Of a stretch of 64,000 bases of DNA, positions 14,921 through 27,920 are shown in pieces; the first letter of the stretch is position 1; the number at the start of each line of letters is the position of its first letter. A program made the translations under genes and the position numbers. Origin of the DNA: Octopus sinensis (taxonomy: Eukaryota); NCBI RefSeq assembly GCF_006345805.1, contig NC_043003.1:28272001-28336000 (forward strand). Direction: 5' to 3'. Below the pieces are notes generated by a model that worked only from the letters and a program-made list of their open reading frames with translations, was not told the DNA's origin and ran no database searches.

Positions 14921-15231
14921 ACGTTATATGCCCACGGGCATATGGCGTAGTGGTTAAGAGCGCGGGCTACTAGCCCCAAGATTCCGAGTTCGATTCCAAG
15001 CAGTGACTTGAACAATAACAATAATAATAATAATAAGAACGTCGAAAAATACCTTAGGAATGAGAACCCAGGTTCGAAATTTCCCCAAGACACCTGAAGA
15101 AGGCTGGAGGGTATATCAGCCGAAACGTTGTGTTAACAACAAACAAGATGAGGACAAATATCTGTCGAATGTAAATAATGTAAATAATGTAAATAAGGTA
15201 CATAATTCTTCATCTCTTAAATATAGAACTG
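14921..15231 (+). mobile_element. tRNA-headed SINE carrying a minimal hammerhead, with 13-bp TSD
   Basis: A box TGGCGTAGTGG (14943) and B box GAGTTCGATTCC (14986); (TAA)n linker; HHR at 15089-15134; direct repeat TATGATATTTACT at 14908-14920 and 15232-15244. Confidence 0.78.
15089..15134 (+). ncRNA. Minimal (dimer-type) type I hammerhead, intact core
   Basis: GACAC-CTGAAGA-A-GGCTG n10 CAGCC-GAAAC-GTT-GTGTT; 5-bp stems I and II; loopless AC|GU stem III; GUU site. Confidence 0.75.
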
Positions 15232-15244
15232 TATGATATTTACT

Positions 15245-15456
15245 TGCTTCAGTCATTGGACTACAGCCATGCTGGGGCAACACGTTGAAGGATTTTAGTC
15301 AAACCAATCGACCGCAAGTGCTTATTTTTTAATGCAAGACACTTATTCTATCGATGTCTTTTTGCCGAACCGCTAAGTTGTGTGGACGTAAACAGACCAG
15401 CTTCGTTGTCAAGCGATGGTGGGGAACAAACACACACATGCACACACATACAGAAA

Positions 15457-15554
<98 letters not shown>

Positions 15555-15895
15555 ATATCATCATCATCATCATCATACCCCAGCATTGCCGAAATCAAAT
15601 GACTGAAATAACTAAAAGATAAAAGATAATAGAAACCATCATTATTATTTGGTCGAGCTTGCTCGGACATTTTAAACCCGAACATGCCGTCCATCTCAAT
15701 CCTATACGCACAGACACTCACACACACACGCACACACATATACTTTCCCTCTTCCAAACAAATTCGTCACCAGGCTTTGGTTGGCCCGGTACTATATTGG
15801 AAGACACTTTCCCAAGATGTCGTGCTATGGGACTGAACCCGGAACCATGTGGCTGAGAAGCAAGCATCTTACCACACAGCAACACTTATGCCTAA
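15245..15895 (-). mobile_element. SINE family C, interrupted by (TATC)n and other sequence
   Basis: 3' half at about 15245-15440 and head at about 15770-15895. Confidence 0.75.
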
Positions 15896-15948
15896 CTGAA
15901 TCCACCCCCCACACACACAAAAAACAACAACAAAGAACAGAGCGTTAC

Positions 15949-16035
15949 CGGTATGAAGACACAATTACCGCGTCGCTAACTTTACTAGCGTTACACCAAC
16001 GACCATTAAAATATTGGAGATTTTTCTGTCGCAGC
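15949..16035 (-). pseudogene. Candidate degenerate exon for the N-terminal half of HormR
   Basis: Acceptor cacatatatacag and donor gtaacg; 87 nt, so phase 1 to 1 would join exon 12721. The phase-1 frame has one TAA; FNGRW lies in another frame. Confidence 0.3.
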
Positions 16036-16334
16036 CTGTATATATGTGATGCAAAAGGGTAACAAAAGGAAATAAAAAAAAAAACACAACACAAAAACAC
16101 ACTCACGCAGTTTTCTGACAAGTACACCACCCATATGGCACCCGTATGTCTCCCGTATACCACCCGGTAAACGCCGTTGCTTCTACATACCTTCTTCATC
16201 ACACATAAAGCGAATATAAACAATGCAATTAACATTGAGAATCCTGGATGTGTAAATATCATCATTCATGTTTGGTTGTTCTTGGCAGTTCATTGGTGGT
16301 TGGTATATACCCTCGCGCACACACACGCACACCA

Positions 16335-16378
<44 letters not shown>

Positions 16379-16379
16379 C

Positions 16380-16421
<42 letters not shown>

Positions 16422-17030
16422 ACAGACACTCACTCTCTTTCTCTTTCTTTTTTTTCACTCAGAAATACACACCTACATACACACAGTATCTGAATTAAGG
16501 AGCAGTAGCAATCAATTACCCACCTTACACCCATGTACACACACACACACACACAACACACGTACACAGAGATATAGACACACACACACACACATACATA
16601 TGTACATACACACGCACACACATATGAATACACAATGACTCAGACACATTATATATAAATCAACAGGATGAGTTTAGTGAGAGAGAGAAAGTATGAGTTT
16701 GTGTGTATTGTACATACAAGTACACAAACTCATACTCTTTTACACACACACACACACACAAACAGTCACACACAGAGAATAACACACGCACACACGCACA
16801 TACACACATTCACAATCAGAGTAATCCATTGGAATTATTAAGGAGCTGTGGCTACCAATTAATCACCTACCTTATAAACACACGTACACATTCATACATA
16901 TACTTATACATACATATATGTACACATATTACATACATGCAAACACATATGTATATATACACGTATATACATATACAGTGACACAAATGTGTATGTGTGT
17001 GTGTGCGCATATAATGCACTCTGTGTATAA

Positions 17031-17061
<31 letters not shown>

Positions 17062-17095
17062 CATATATATGTATGTATATATATATATTTGTATG

Positions 17096-17189
<94 letters not shown>

Positions 17190-17819
17190 CACACACATGC
17201 ACACACATATACACCGACATACATAGTCAACTTTCATCAACGAATTGCTAACAAAAACTAGTTTCATTGGAAACCCTCAAAAATACTAAATCATTCTGTA
17301 AGGACCATTCTGACGTGGACCATTAATCTTTGATGCCAGCCCTTGTAGCAAGATATATATTTAATTTTTTACTTTGTTTTAGTCACTATGTATATAATCA
17401 TGCAGGAACAGCTAGGGAAATTAAACAGTTTTTTAAAAAACTTTTTGGACCGGTTGTCTTCTTTTTTAAATGGTTTTCTCAGGACCATTCAGATGATTCT
17501 ATCGCTTCTGTCTTGTGCAATGTATAGTATAATAAATATTTATGATTAAGGCACAAGGCCAGCAATTGTGGGGATAGGCGGTGTGTAAATTGATTATATC
17601 GATCCCAGTTATTAACTGGTATGCTATTATTTTATTGCATCGACTCTGAAAAGGAACAGATATAAGACAATGTTGACCTGGGCGAATTTGAACTAAGAAA
17701 GTAAATGGCCGAAACAAATGCCGCTAAGCATTTTGTCTGACGCACTAAGATTCTGTATACACACTGGATATATATATATATATATACGTATGTGTGTGTG
17801 TGTGTGTGTGTGTGTGTAT

Positions 17820-18590
17820 AATCCTTGAATTAACACAAACCCCACTAGAAATTAACATAATCCTTAATGTCCGTAAAACCCTTATTTCTTTTGAGGACAA
17901 ACTTTGATGCTGGGCCAATCACCATAACAATACCAATAACCTCAGCAATATTTTTGACATAACCATGGGATCATCCGACTCCGCCCAGGTCACCGACCTG
18001 GTTGGGCTATACATACTCCACCAGCTCCAAATACATTTCCCTAACCTCAAGGGAGGCCTCTACAGAGATGACGCCTTGCTAGTTACCAAGAGCGCAAATA
18101 AATCCTCTTTAGAACGAGCTAGAAAAGATTTACACAAATTTTTCTCTAGTCTATACCTATGAACTACTTTTGAAAATTCCCACAAAACTACTAACTTTTT
18201 AAACGTAACTTTAAACTTAGAAACCTCCTAGTACTCCCCTTATCACAAACCTAACCAAAACTTTAAATACTTAAACATTCCTTCCAGTCACCACAAATCC
18301 ACCTTTGATGACATAGTCAAGGGGATCTTGATCCGTATAACTGACTTCTCTTCCACTGAGGAAATATTCAATAACCACGCCTCATATTACAACCAAGCGC
18401 TCGATGCCCGCGGCTTCTCCCAACAAATAAAATACATCCCTAATACTAGGCTCCAGCAACATGTATCTCAAATCACATCGCAACGACACATCAACCATCA
18501 GAATCACAACATACCACACATACACTATGCTAGAACTCCGGGAGAACCTGCATTAAGACAACCTAGACCCCGCACGCGGCGCTGATGTTT
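17820..18590 (+). mobile_element. Penelope-like element RT fragment, with stops
   Basis: DITMGSSDSAQVTDLVGLYIL, GLYRDDAL, NFLNVTLNL, YSPYHKPN..SSHH and YYNQALDARGF motifs. Confidence 0.85.
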
Positions 18591-19245
18591 GCAAGGAAAG
18601 TAAAATCAGTCTTTGATAAATTGCTACTTGGCGAGAAAAGAAAAAGTGCCAGAGAAGACGTAGCAAGATTCTTTAAAGTTGGTGAAAAGGTGTATGTGAG
18701 GGAATACAAAAATGGAAAGTAGAGTTGGGAAAATGGCGTAATTACCAAATACATAGATAAAATGATGTATTGGGTAAAAAGTTGAAGAGGCATACAAAAG
18801 AGACACAGGAATCAACCGAAAAAGAGATTCGTGGAAAGCGAACACAAAAGATTTGAAGAGCCGATGGAATGGTTGTAAGGTATGTTTCAAGTACCAACAG
18901 CATTGCGGGTGATCGAACCAAGGAATACAAAAGAGAGGAAAAGAAAACATAGAGAGTTTCTGAAAATAGATGCCAAGCGCAAAAAATGTTACATTATGCA
19001 AAAAAAAAAAATCTTCAAAAAGGGGAGGTGAATTAAAAAAAAATTAAACGACACTTCCTAAGAAAAACCTAAAAGGGGAGATGTTGTAGGGAATTAGTAA
19101 TAATGGTACACCCCTCCCACGTGACAAAGCGATATGAGTAGTTACTACAAATAGGAGACTACGTTGTAGGTGGTCAGAGATAGTCGTGTCTTTACTGGTT
19201 TTACTAAGTATACTGTAACGAAGTGGGCGTTATATCAATCCAACA
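18590..19245 (+). mobile_element. Ty3/Gypsy integrase C-terminal remnant, PPT and 3' LTR (19082-19245)
   Basis: AALMFARKVKSVFDKL..FKVGEKVYVREY..W..GVI..MYWV; polypurine AAAAGGGGAGA abuts TGTTG...CAACA, a 164-bp LTR with 5-bp terminal inverted repeat. Confidence 0.8.
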
Positions 19246-19698
19246 TTTTAAAGGATATAACAATAATTATATGTGTGGTCGAGTGTGCATGTATGCGTGC
19301 GTGCGTGTATGTGTTTCTCAATACAACGATAGCATCGTTACCGTGGGACTGCTTCACTTAATTACTTCCATCCTTCTGTAATCAGTTGATGATGGAACTA
19401 ACCAGTTCTGTTACGACTTAGAATTTCCGCTGTATACGAATCGGAAACACAAATAAAATTTGTTTCCGGACATTTTCAACTTATTATTCCTTTTTTCTTT
19501 TCTTTTTTTTCTTATTCTTTCTTTCTATCTTCAGAGATGAAAAACAAAAATGGTTCAGACATATTCAATATGTTCCCCTCTTCTTTCACCACATTTTTCT
19601 TGTATCTTCTTTAGAGATTGCTTCCGTTTTCCGTTTTCTTCGAATTCTAAATTCTTTGTATTCGTCTGTGTGGAATGGATTAACATTGTCCCTTTTAT

Positions 19699-19754
<56 letters not shown>

Positions 19755-19825
19755 GTATGTGTGTGTATGTGAACATACATTCATGTATATCTGTATTCAT
19801 ATATCCATGTATGTATGTATGTATG

Positions 19826-19859
<34 letters not shown>

Positions 19860-19937
19860 TGTATGTATGTATGTATGTATGTATGTATGCACATATGTAT
19901 GTATCTATGCATGCATGCATGTATGTATGTATGTATG

Positions 19938-19973
<36 letters not shown>

Positions 19974-20311
19974 ATATATGCATTTATATATATGTATAAA
20001 CAAATACACACACACACATACACAAACATATTCGTGTGTGTGGAATATAAACTTAAAAGCTTGAAGGAAGAAATTTACTGATTTCGTCTTATCTCAATTT
20101 AAAATGTGTCATCAGTCTATTGTTGGACGCATTCTGAGTGCTATTTCACGCGCGCACACACACACCTACTCAAGCACTCAAACACACATAAACAGAAACC
20201 ACCTCCACCATCACCTGGACGGCAAACATATACATACAGATATGTATAGACATGTATATATAAATATACATAAATATGCTTTAGTAAATATATCTGTCTG
20301 TGTATAAACAT

Positions 20312-20397
<86 letters not shown>

Positions 20398-20438
20398 GTC
20401 TATCTGTCTGTCTGTCTGTCTGTCTGTCTTTCTGTCTG

Positions 20439-20470
<32 letters not shown>

Positions 20471-20475
20471 CTTAC

Positions 20476-20556
<81 letters not shown>

Positions 20557-20605
20557 CATCCATCCATCCATCCATCCATCCATCCATCCATCCATCCATC
20601 CATCC

Positions 20606-20695
<90 letters not shown>

Positions 20696-20720
20696 CTAGT
20701 TAGCTAGCTATCTACCTAAA
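20312..20720. repeat. (TATC)n/(TGTC)n/(CATC)n tetranucleotide tract; one example of many TA, CA, TACA, TATC and TAA microsatellites
   Basis: Direct inspection. Confidence 0.95.
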
Positions 20721-21564
20721 TAGCTATATACGTTCTCTCATACGTCCAAATAAAGAGGGACAGACATAGATATAGACATCATCGTCTGACGATCAGGAGC
20801 ATGAAACTTGTAACAGTGATATGTTGGGTATTCTTAGTATGTTAATGTATGTCAGTGTGTTGTGAACTTTTTTTCTTGATTCTTTACTGTGAGACATATA
20901 TTCTTTCTTTGTTTCTGCATTACATACATGCATACATACATACGTACATACATACATACATACATACATACATACATACATACATACATACATGCATGCA
21001 GGCATGCATATACATACATACATACATACATACATACATGCATACATACATACATACATACATACATACATACATACATACATACATACATACATACATA
21101 CATACATACATACATACGTACATGCATACATACGAAAATACCCAGTTCATGTTGAAATTCCAATGAAGGTGTTTTGGATCCAGGTTAGAAACCAGTTTTT
21201 TCTCTGTTGGCAAGAAGCCTTGAAATAAATCTAAATAATGACACACATACATGGTGGTTGTATGTATGTATGTATGTATGTATGTATGTATGTATGTATG
21301 TATGTATGTATGCATGTATGTATGTATGTATGTATGTATGTATGCATGTTTGCATGTTAGTATGTATGACCAGCACTGATAAATTACCTCATCCTAGATG
21401 TTAAAAACAATGGCTGGTAGCAATGCCCGTACTGAAATTTAAACAGCTTGTACAGCATTGCTAAGACTCTCATCTACAAAGAGAAGAAGTCCAGAAATAG
21501 GGAAGAGCAAGACTCAAGTTTCACTGCGAGGCGGGTGTTATTTTGGAATTTCCTTCTCTTAGAC

Positions 21565-21933
21565 CAGTGGTTCTTGACCAGGGTGCTTATGGCCTCTAAG
21601 AGCCAGTATGGTCCCTAAGAGTCCATATAAGATGGAGGGGGAGTACACGCAACAAAATAGTTAATTAGGGATCCATAATAGTGTTTTAAGGGCCGCTGAA
21701 AAATCTTAACTTTAGATGTATGTATTGGTATGTATTGCAGGAAACAGCTACGTTTATTTCTCTAGCATTTTACATAGTTCAAACTACACAAGTTAAAGTG
21801 AGGATAACAAAGTAGGAATTTTGAAAGAAGTATCTGTAAAACTAGATTTTTAAACATCGAATGAGTATGAGGGTCCACCAGAATAAAATGATAATCAAAG
21901 GGGTCCATAGATAAAAAGTGGTTGAGAACCCTG
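21565..21933. mobile_element. hAT/Charlie-type MITE
   Basis: TIRs CAGTGGTTCTTGACC and GGTTGAGAACCCTG; 8-bp TSD TCTTAGAC / TCCTAGAC. Confidence 0.8.
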
Positions 21934-22399
21934 TCCTAGACAGATGTCTAAACGAAGACCAGGTATTTCTCACTCCCAGGTGTTGGATGGCCGTTGATTC
22001 TACTGAGTCCGTACATTGATAGGTTTTGTTTTGCGTCCTGTAGGGTATCCAACAAAAGCCACTCTTCTTATCCAGCAGGCCTGGTAGGGTTGCCAGCTTA
22101 GTGGCCTGCAGCCCGATGTTGCTACAGGTTGTACTGGGGTTGCGTTACCAGTAACACTAAGCGTGACCTGACATAACACACGCACACACACACGCACGCA
22201 CGCATACACCCATTCACTCACACAGACACTCTATACATACACACAAAAAACACTCACATATATATAAATGTATTGAAGATATACATACGTATATATACAA
22301 ACACACACACATATATAGATATACATACATATATATATGTACCTACAGATTTACACAAAACCCTAGAAATAACAGGCTCAAGAAAGAGCAACACAAACT

Positions 22400-22780
22400 C
22401 TATACGGCAATCGTTTCAGTGAAGATTTATAAGACATTCGAAAGGTTCTCCATCTGAGATCTTTAGGTGAATAAATGCCAACGCTTGTTGTATGTATCAA
22501 CAGCTTAACCAACACGCCAACTCAGCCATATTTACAAACATCCAGAAATCTCTTAACAAAATGTATGCCAGAAGGTTCGCAAATCAATATACATTTTAAG
22601 ATCCACAAAGTTCAGAACTTGTCTGCAGCTCTTGGTGGTCCAAATCGGATATACAATCTATGTGGGTGTCTTTTGAAGACATTGTCTGGTTTAAAAAGCC
22701 ACATCAGATGTCATGATGGTTCTAAGGTGTAGGTACAGGAGGTGACCAAACTCTGCATGCATAAGGAGTAGACAACCACC

Positions 22781-22785
<5 letters not shown>
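22400..22785 (+). mobile_element. LINE 3' end with terminal C2H2-like motif
   Basis: CGCLLKTLSGLKSHIRCH before the stop, then a short UTR and (TA)n. Confidence 0.55.
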
Positions 22786-22812
<27 letters not shown>

Positions 22813-22926
22813 ATATTTCGGAATGGTCATATTGCCAGTTTAGCCAATAAAAACACACGCACCATATATTTGGTGTTATTTTGCTTCAGTGATATTTATT
22901 TTTTACATTAATCTTAATCTTATTTC

Positions 22927-22971
22927 GGCCAAAGTTCTTTCGTCACACTCCTGTGACCGCATCAGTGGTCC
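22927..22971 (-). ncRNA. Hammerhead relic (A9 to C) within a Penelope-type terminal repeat (about 22808-23225)
   Basis: Reverse complement: GGACCA-CTGATGC-G-GTCAC aggagt GTGAC-GAAAG-AA-CTT-TGGCC. Confidence 0.55.
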
Positions 22972-23283
22972 TTTGTTTTCTTCTCACTTACTTGTGTCTC
23001 TCCTTACTAACCGTCAGCCATTTTGTATTTCTATTGTATGTCTTCATTTGCGCATGCTTATATCTCTATGTGCGTCTATGTTTATTAGTGTGTGTGTGGG
23101 GGGGATGCCTGTAATATTTGTATCTTCTGGTTATATACATTCTTGTAATTTGTATTTTGTTTTTGTTGTTGTTGCTTTTTTCTAATTTTGTTCATGTGTT
23201 TACATCCACCCATTATTATCATTACATATGCTTGTATGTATGTATAACAACAATATTAGTAATAATAATAATAAATCTAATTG

Positions 23284-23321
<38 letters not shown>

Positions 23322-23333
23322 TATAATAATATA

Positions 23334-23369
<36 letters not shown>

Positions 23370-23704
23370 CATATATACACACACACATACACATATACAT
23401 ACACCCATATATACACATATACATATATATAGTTATTCATTTCTATTTCTTTAATTATCTGTGCATTTATTATGTTTGCAGGATCCACTATCGTCATATG
23501 TTGTGGTGTGCGCTATTGCTCCATTCTAGTTTTCTATTCAGGCTAGGTTTATTTTCTATTATATGTGTAGCTTCTGTAATTTGTCTAATTGTTGCATTTG
23601 TTCTATGTGTGGACAATATCTTAATCTCTATGTTATTGATTGATCCCCCGTGTTCTTGTTCAGCGTGTTGGTACAAAATCTTGCACAACAAATATTTAAA
23701 CGTA

Positions 23705-23737
<33 letters not shown>

Positions 23738-23789
23738 CATACATAATATATAAATATATGCATATATACATACATATATTTATATATTT

Positions 23790-23872
<83 letters not shown>

Positions 23873-23912
23873 CAATCTTACTTAGAAATGGATGCGTGCG
23901 TTCCGTCATATA

Positions 23913-24153
23913 ATAAATTAATAAATGAAACATATGCATATATACATACATATATGTACGTACCTACCTCTACATGTATATATACATGCATATATGGGTA
24001 CAGGACACCCAAAAAACGTCGAACACAATGAGAAAAGAAAACATAAACACAAAACCAAGGAAGGTGTTCTGTACCCATATATGCATGTATATATACATGT
24101 AGAGGTAGGTACGTACATATATGTATGTATATATGCATATGTTTCATTTATTA

Positions 24154-24159
<6 letters not shown>
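23913..24159. repeat. Near-perfect inverted repeat, 97-bp arms with a 53-bp spacer
   Basis: 23913-24009 is the reverse complement of 24063-24159 with one mismatch seen; homologous to the interspersed repeat at about 57350-57500. Confidence 0.9.
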
Positions 24160-24193
<34 letters not shown>

Positions 24194-24246
24194 TATATAT
24201 ATAATATGCATGTATATTATATACATATATTTATATATTTTGTATG

Positions 24247-24309
<63 letters not shown>

Positions 24310-24414
24310 TATATATAGTTAATCCAACATGAAAACACAAAGAGAAAACACAACGCGAGGACGTGGAACAAGTATAGTATTATTGGACGCTCAGGAAAGA
24401 AGGAAGGAAGGAGG

Positions 24415-24449
24415 GTTTAAAGTTTCGAGCAGAGCTCTTCGTCAGAAAC
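24415..24449 (-). ncRNA. Minimal hammerhead, GUU changed to UUU; element about 24315-24480
   Basis: Reverse complement: GTTT-CTGACGA-A-GAGC tct GCTC-GAAAC-TTT-AAAC; same family as the 38.6-kb copy. Confidence 0.65.
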
Positions 24450-25364
24450 ATAGGAAAAGGAAAGATCCAAAGAAGATGTGAGTGTGTGTGTGTGTGTATT
24501 TATCTATGTGTGTGTGTCTTTGTTTGTCACCCCATCATCGCTTGACAACCAATAGTGGTGTGTTTATGTCCCCGTAACCTAGTGGTTCGGCAAAAGAGAC
24601 CGAAAGAATAAGTACTATGCTTACAAAGAATAAGTGCTGGCGACGATTTCTTCGACTAAAAACCTTTAAGGCGGTGCTCCAGCATTGCTGCAATCAAGTG
24701 ATTGAAACAAGTAAAAGAATAAAAGAATATATGTATGCATGTGTGTTTGTATGTTTGTGTGTGTGAGTGTGTGTCTGTGTGTGCACATATATGTATCTAT
24801 ATATACATGATGTACTCAGTACATGATATTCGAACTCTTTTATAGTTCTTATGTTCTCTTGATGTTTTCCCAACAAGCCAGCCAGCCAGCCAGCCAACCA
24901 GCCAACAAGCCCACTCCCCACTTCTCTGTCAGTCTGTCACCCACCGACCCTATTTACTAATTCTACAGCAAACATTACATGTATTAACAGTCATTAGCGT
25001 CATACAACCACCGCCGCCAACACCGTCAAAACCACAACCGCCGCCACCACACCTGCCAGCATAACCCCTTCTGCCAAAACCACCGAAATAGCTAAAATAT
25101 TATGGAAACTAACGAGAGCACCACCACCACCACCACCACCACCACCACCACCACAATTGTCATCGTCGTCATCATCATCATTAACATCATTTTCACCGTC
25201 AGTGCAACCTCCAGTACCTTTTCCCCCCCAAACTACCAGGAGTGGCGGATGGGGGCTTAGTGGAAAAGGAGGTCATTGAGATGTGACATGAGTAGATTAG
25301 TGGTAGGTTTGAGGTGAGCTGAGCGGAGGCAATTGAATAGTAATTATTGCAAGTAATTCAAACC

Positions 25365-26335
25365 GGGCGAAATGCGTAGCCGTATTTCGTCTGTCTTTAC
25401 GTTGTGAGTTCAAATTCCGCCGAGGTCGACTTTGTCTTTCATCCTTTCATCCTTAAGTACCAGTTACGCACCGGGGTCGATATAATCGACTTAATTCGTT
25501 TGTCTGTCCTTGTTTGTCCCCTCTGTGTTTAGCCCCTTGTGCGTATTAAAGAAATAGGCGTCAAATTTATAAGGCGGCGAGCTAGCAGAAACGTTAGCAC
25601 GCCGGGCAAAATGCTTAGCGGTATTTCGTCTGTCGTTACGTTCTGAGTTCAAATTCTGTCGAGGTTGACCTCGCCTTTCATCCTTTCTGCTGGGAGCAGA
25701 GGTAGAAACTTGGAGTGGCAGAGCGGCAGATAGGTTGTGGATACACAAGACGTAGAAGGATGAATGTAACGAGGGCTGGAATCTGAGGTAGAAGAGGTGG
25801 AACGGTTCCAGAGTGGCCGATGTAGGTAAACAAGAATAAACGTAACATGGACTGAGAGCAGAAGCAGAAGCAATGGAACGGCTGATAGGATGTAAGTACA
25901 CAAGAATGTACGTAACATGGGTTCAAAGGCGGCGAGTTGGCAGAAACGTTAGCACGCCGGGCGAAATGCGTAGCCGTATTTCGTCTGCCGTTACGTTCTG
26001 AGTTCAAATTCCGCCGAGGTCGACTTTGCCTTTCGTCCTTTCGGGGTCGATAAATTAAGTACCAGTTACGCACTGGGGTCGATATAATCGACATAATCCC
26101 TTTGTCTGTCCTCTTTGTGTTTAGCGCCTTGTGGGTAATAAAGAAATAGGTATTTTGTCTGCTGTTATGTTCTGAGTTCAAATTCCGCCGAGGTCGATTT
26201 TGCCTTTCATCCTTTCGGGGTCGATTAAATATATACCAGTTACGCACTGGGGTCGATATAATCGACTCAATTCGTTTGTCTGTCCTCGTTTGTCCTCTCT
26301 GTGTTTAGCCCCTTGTGGGTAGTAAAGAAATAGGT
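25365..26335 (+). mobile_element. Cluster of four head-to-tail SINE-B copies
   Basis: ctgagttcaaatt..gaggtcgac recurs at about 25405, 25642, 25998 and 26172. Confidence 0.9.
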
Positions 26336-27429
26336 ACGTAACATGGTTTGAGCGCAGACGCAGAAGCGGTGGAACAGTGGCAGAACGGCAAATGGGATGT
26401 AGGTGCACAGGCATGCACGTAATAGTTGTGGTTGAGTGGTTGGGTGGGTAAAGTAAATAAAATATCTAGTGAAATTTAAAAACAAAAAAACGCCAATAGA
26501 GTGTATGCAAATAATTGTTGCAGCAGTCTGTGCAACAAGCGCTCATGTGCACACATATGCACACAGCAAACACCAACTTAGCAACTGCCGAGAAACTGCG
26601 TATATTTGCATATTATACATCAATATATGAATGCTGATGCAACACATCGCCGCAGTCGCAGTGGTAGTTGTGCATGTATGAGAGACATAAAGGCTGATCA
26701 ATAAGCTGATTGCACCATACATGATGCAACTGCACCATCGACGGCGTTGCACGTTGCTGGGCAACGGGACGAGGGACACTGGCAGTTTCACTTCATCAAC
26801 GGTCGTTGTTGTTTTGTTGTTTTGGTTGTAGTTGTTGTAGTTGTTGTTGTTGTTGGTAATGCTATTGTAATTGTTATTGTGGGTGTTGTTGTGGATGTTG
26901 TCATTGTAATTGTTATTGGTGATGTTGTGTTTGTTATTGTTATGGCTGTTGTGATTGTTGCTGTTGTCATGATTGTTGTTGCTATTGTTGTAGTTATTTT
27001 AGTTGTTCTTCTAGTTATAATTGTGGTTATGATTTTTGTTGTTTTTGTTATTGTTCTTTTTGACTCTGTTGTCATTTTTTACGGTTTCCGTTATCTTTGT
27101 CGATGTTTTTAATAATGATGATGATGTTGATATTGATGATGCTGTTGTTATTGTTGTTTCTTAACAACAGATCAACTCTGAACCACATAATCAAATGTGC
27201 TCCCATCACGACAGTCTCTTCTTTTCAGAAGTCTGCTCAGCTAGGACCTACCTGAGGTCAAATAACGACAGATACTATAAAAAAAAATAAAATAAAACAC
27301 TTATTTTCTATATTTTTTTCCCAAATTTTAACTTTAAACAGCAGTTTTGTGTAACGTTCCAAGTAATTAGTGAGTTTTTAATTTGATCTCTGGTGTGTAC
27401 TGCAAAAAAAAAACCCTCTTAAAAATCTG

Positions 27430-27920
27430 AGTATCACCTGTGCAGAATATTATTTGAAAATGATTTAGCTGTTAAATCTTGCAGGGTAAGTGGTCCTTTG
27501 AGTATTTCATTAACTCTTTAGATAACAGAGTGCTGTTTGAAGATGATTTAGCTGATATGTCTAGCATAGCAAGCAACACAGTAGAAGAACTTTCATTGAC
27601 TCTTATATGCTTCCACCTTCCCTTAGATTTTTTTTTAGATAAAAGTTTGATTTAGGTTTAGAGTTGACTTAGTTACTACATCCAGCAGGGCAAGTAATCT
27701 CTTATAAGGATTCTCATTGGCTCGTATGTTCTTCCATATTCATTTTTCTTTTATATAAAAGAAAGTTTTTTGAGGATGATTTAGCTACAATGACTAGCGA
27801 CCAGCGATCACGTAGAGGACCTCTCATTGGCTCGTATGTTCTTGCATGAATTCAAAAATATTTTTTAAACAATAGAGTGTTATGTGAGAATGATTGAGCT
27901 GTTATATCTACGGCCAAGCT
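27430..27920 (+). repeat. Degenerate tandem copies of a short (about 100 bp) repeat
   Basis: gatgatttagct...ag...ctcattggctc motif occurs about five times; single copies near 28400 and 32340. Confidence 0.65.

Noticed and set aside
14936-15005. tRNA gene
   Set aside because: A and B boxes are present but there is no complete cloverleaf acceptor stem; it is a SINE head. The same holds for the other SINE heads.
27430-27920. CRISPR-like repeat-spacer appearance
   Set aside because: The repeats are degenerate with irregular spacing, the context is eukaryotic, and there are no cas genes.
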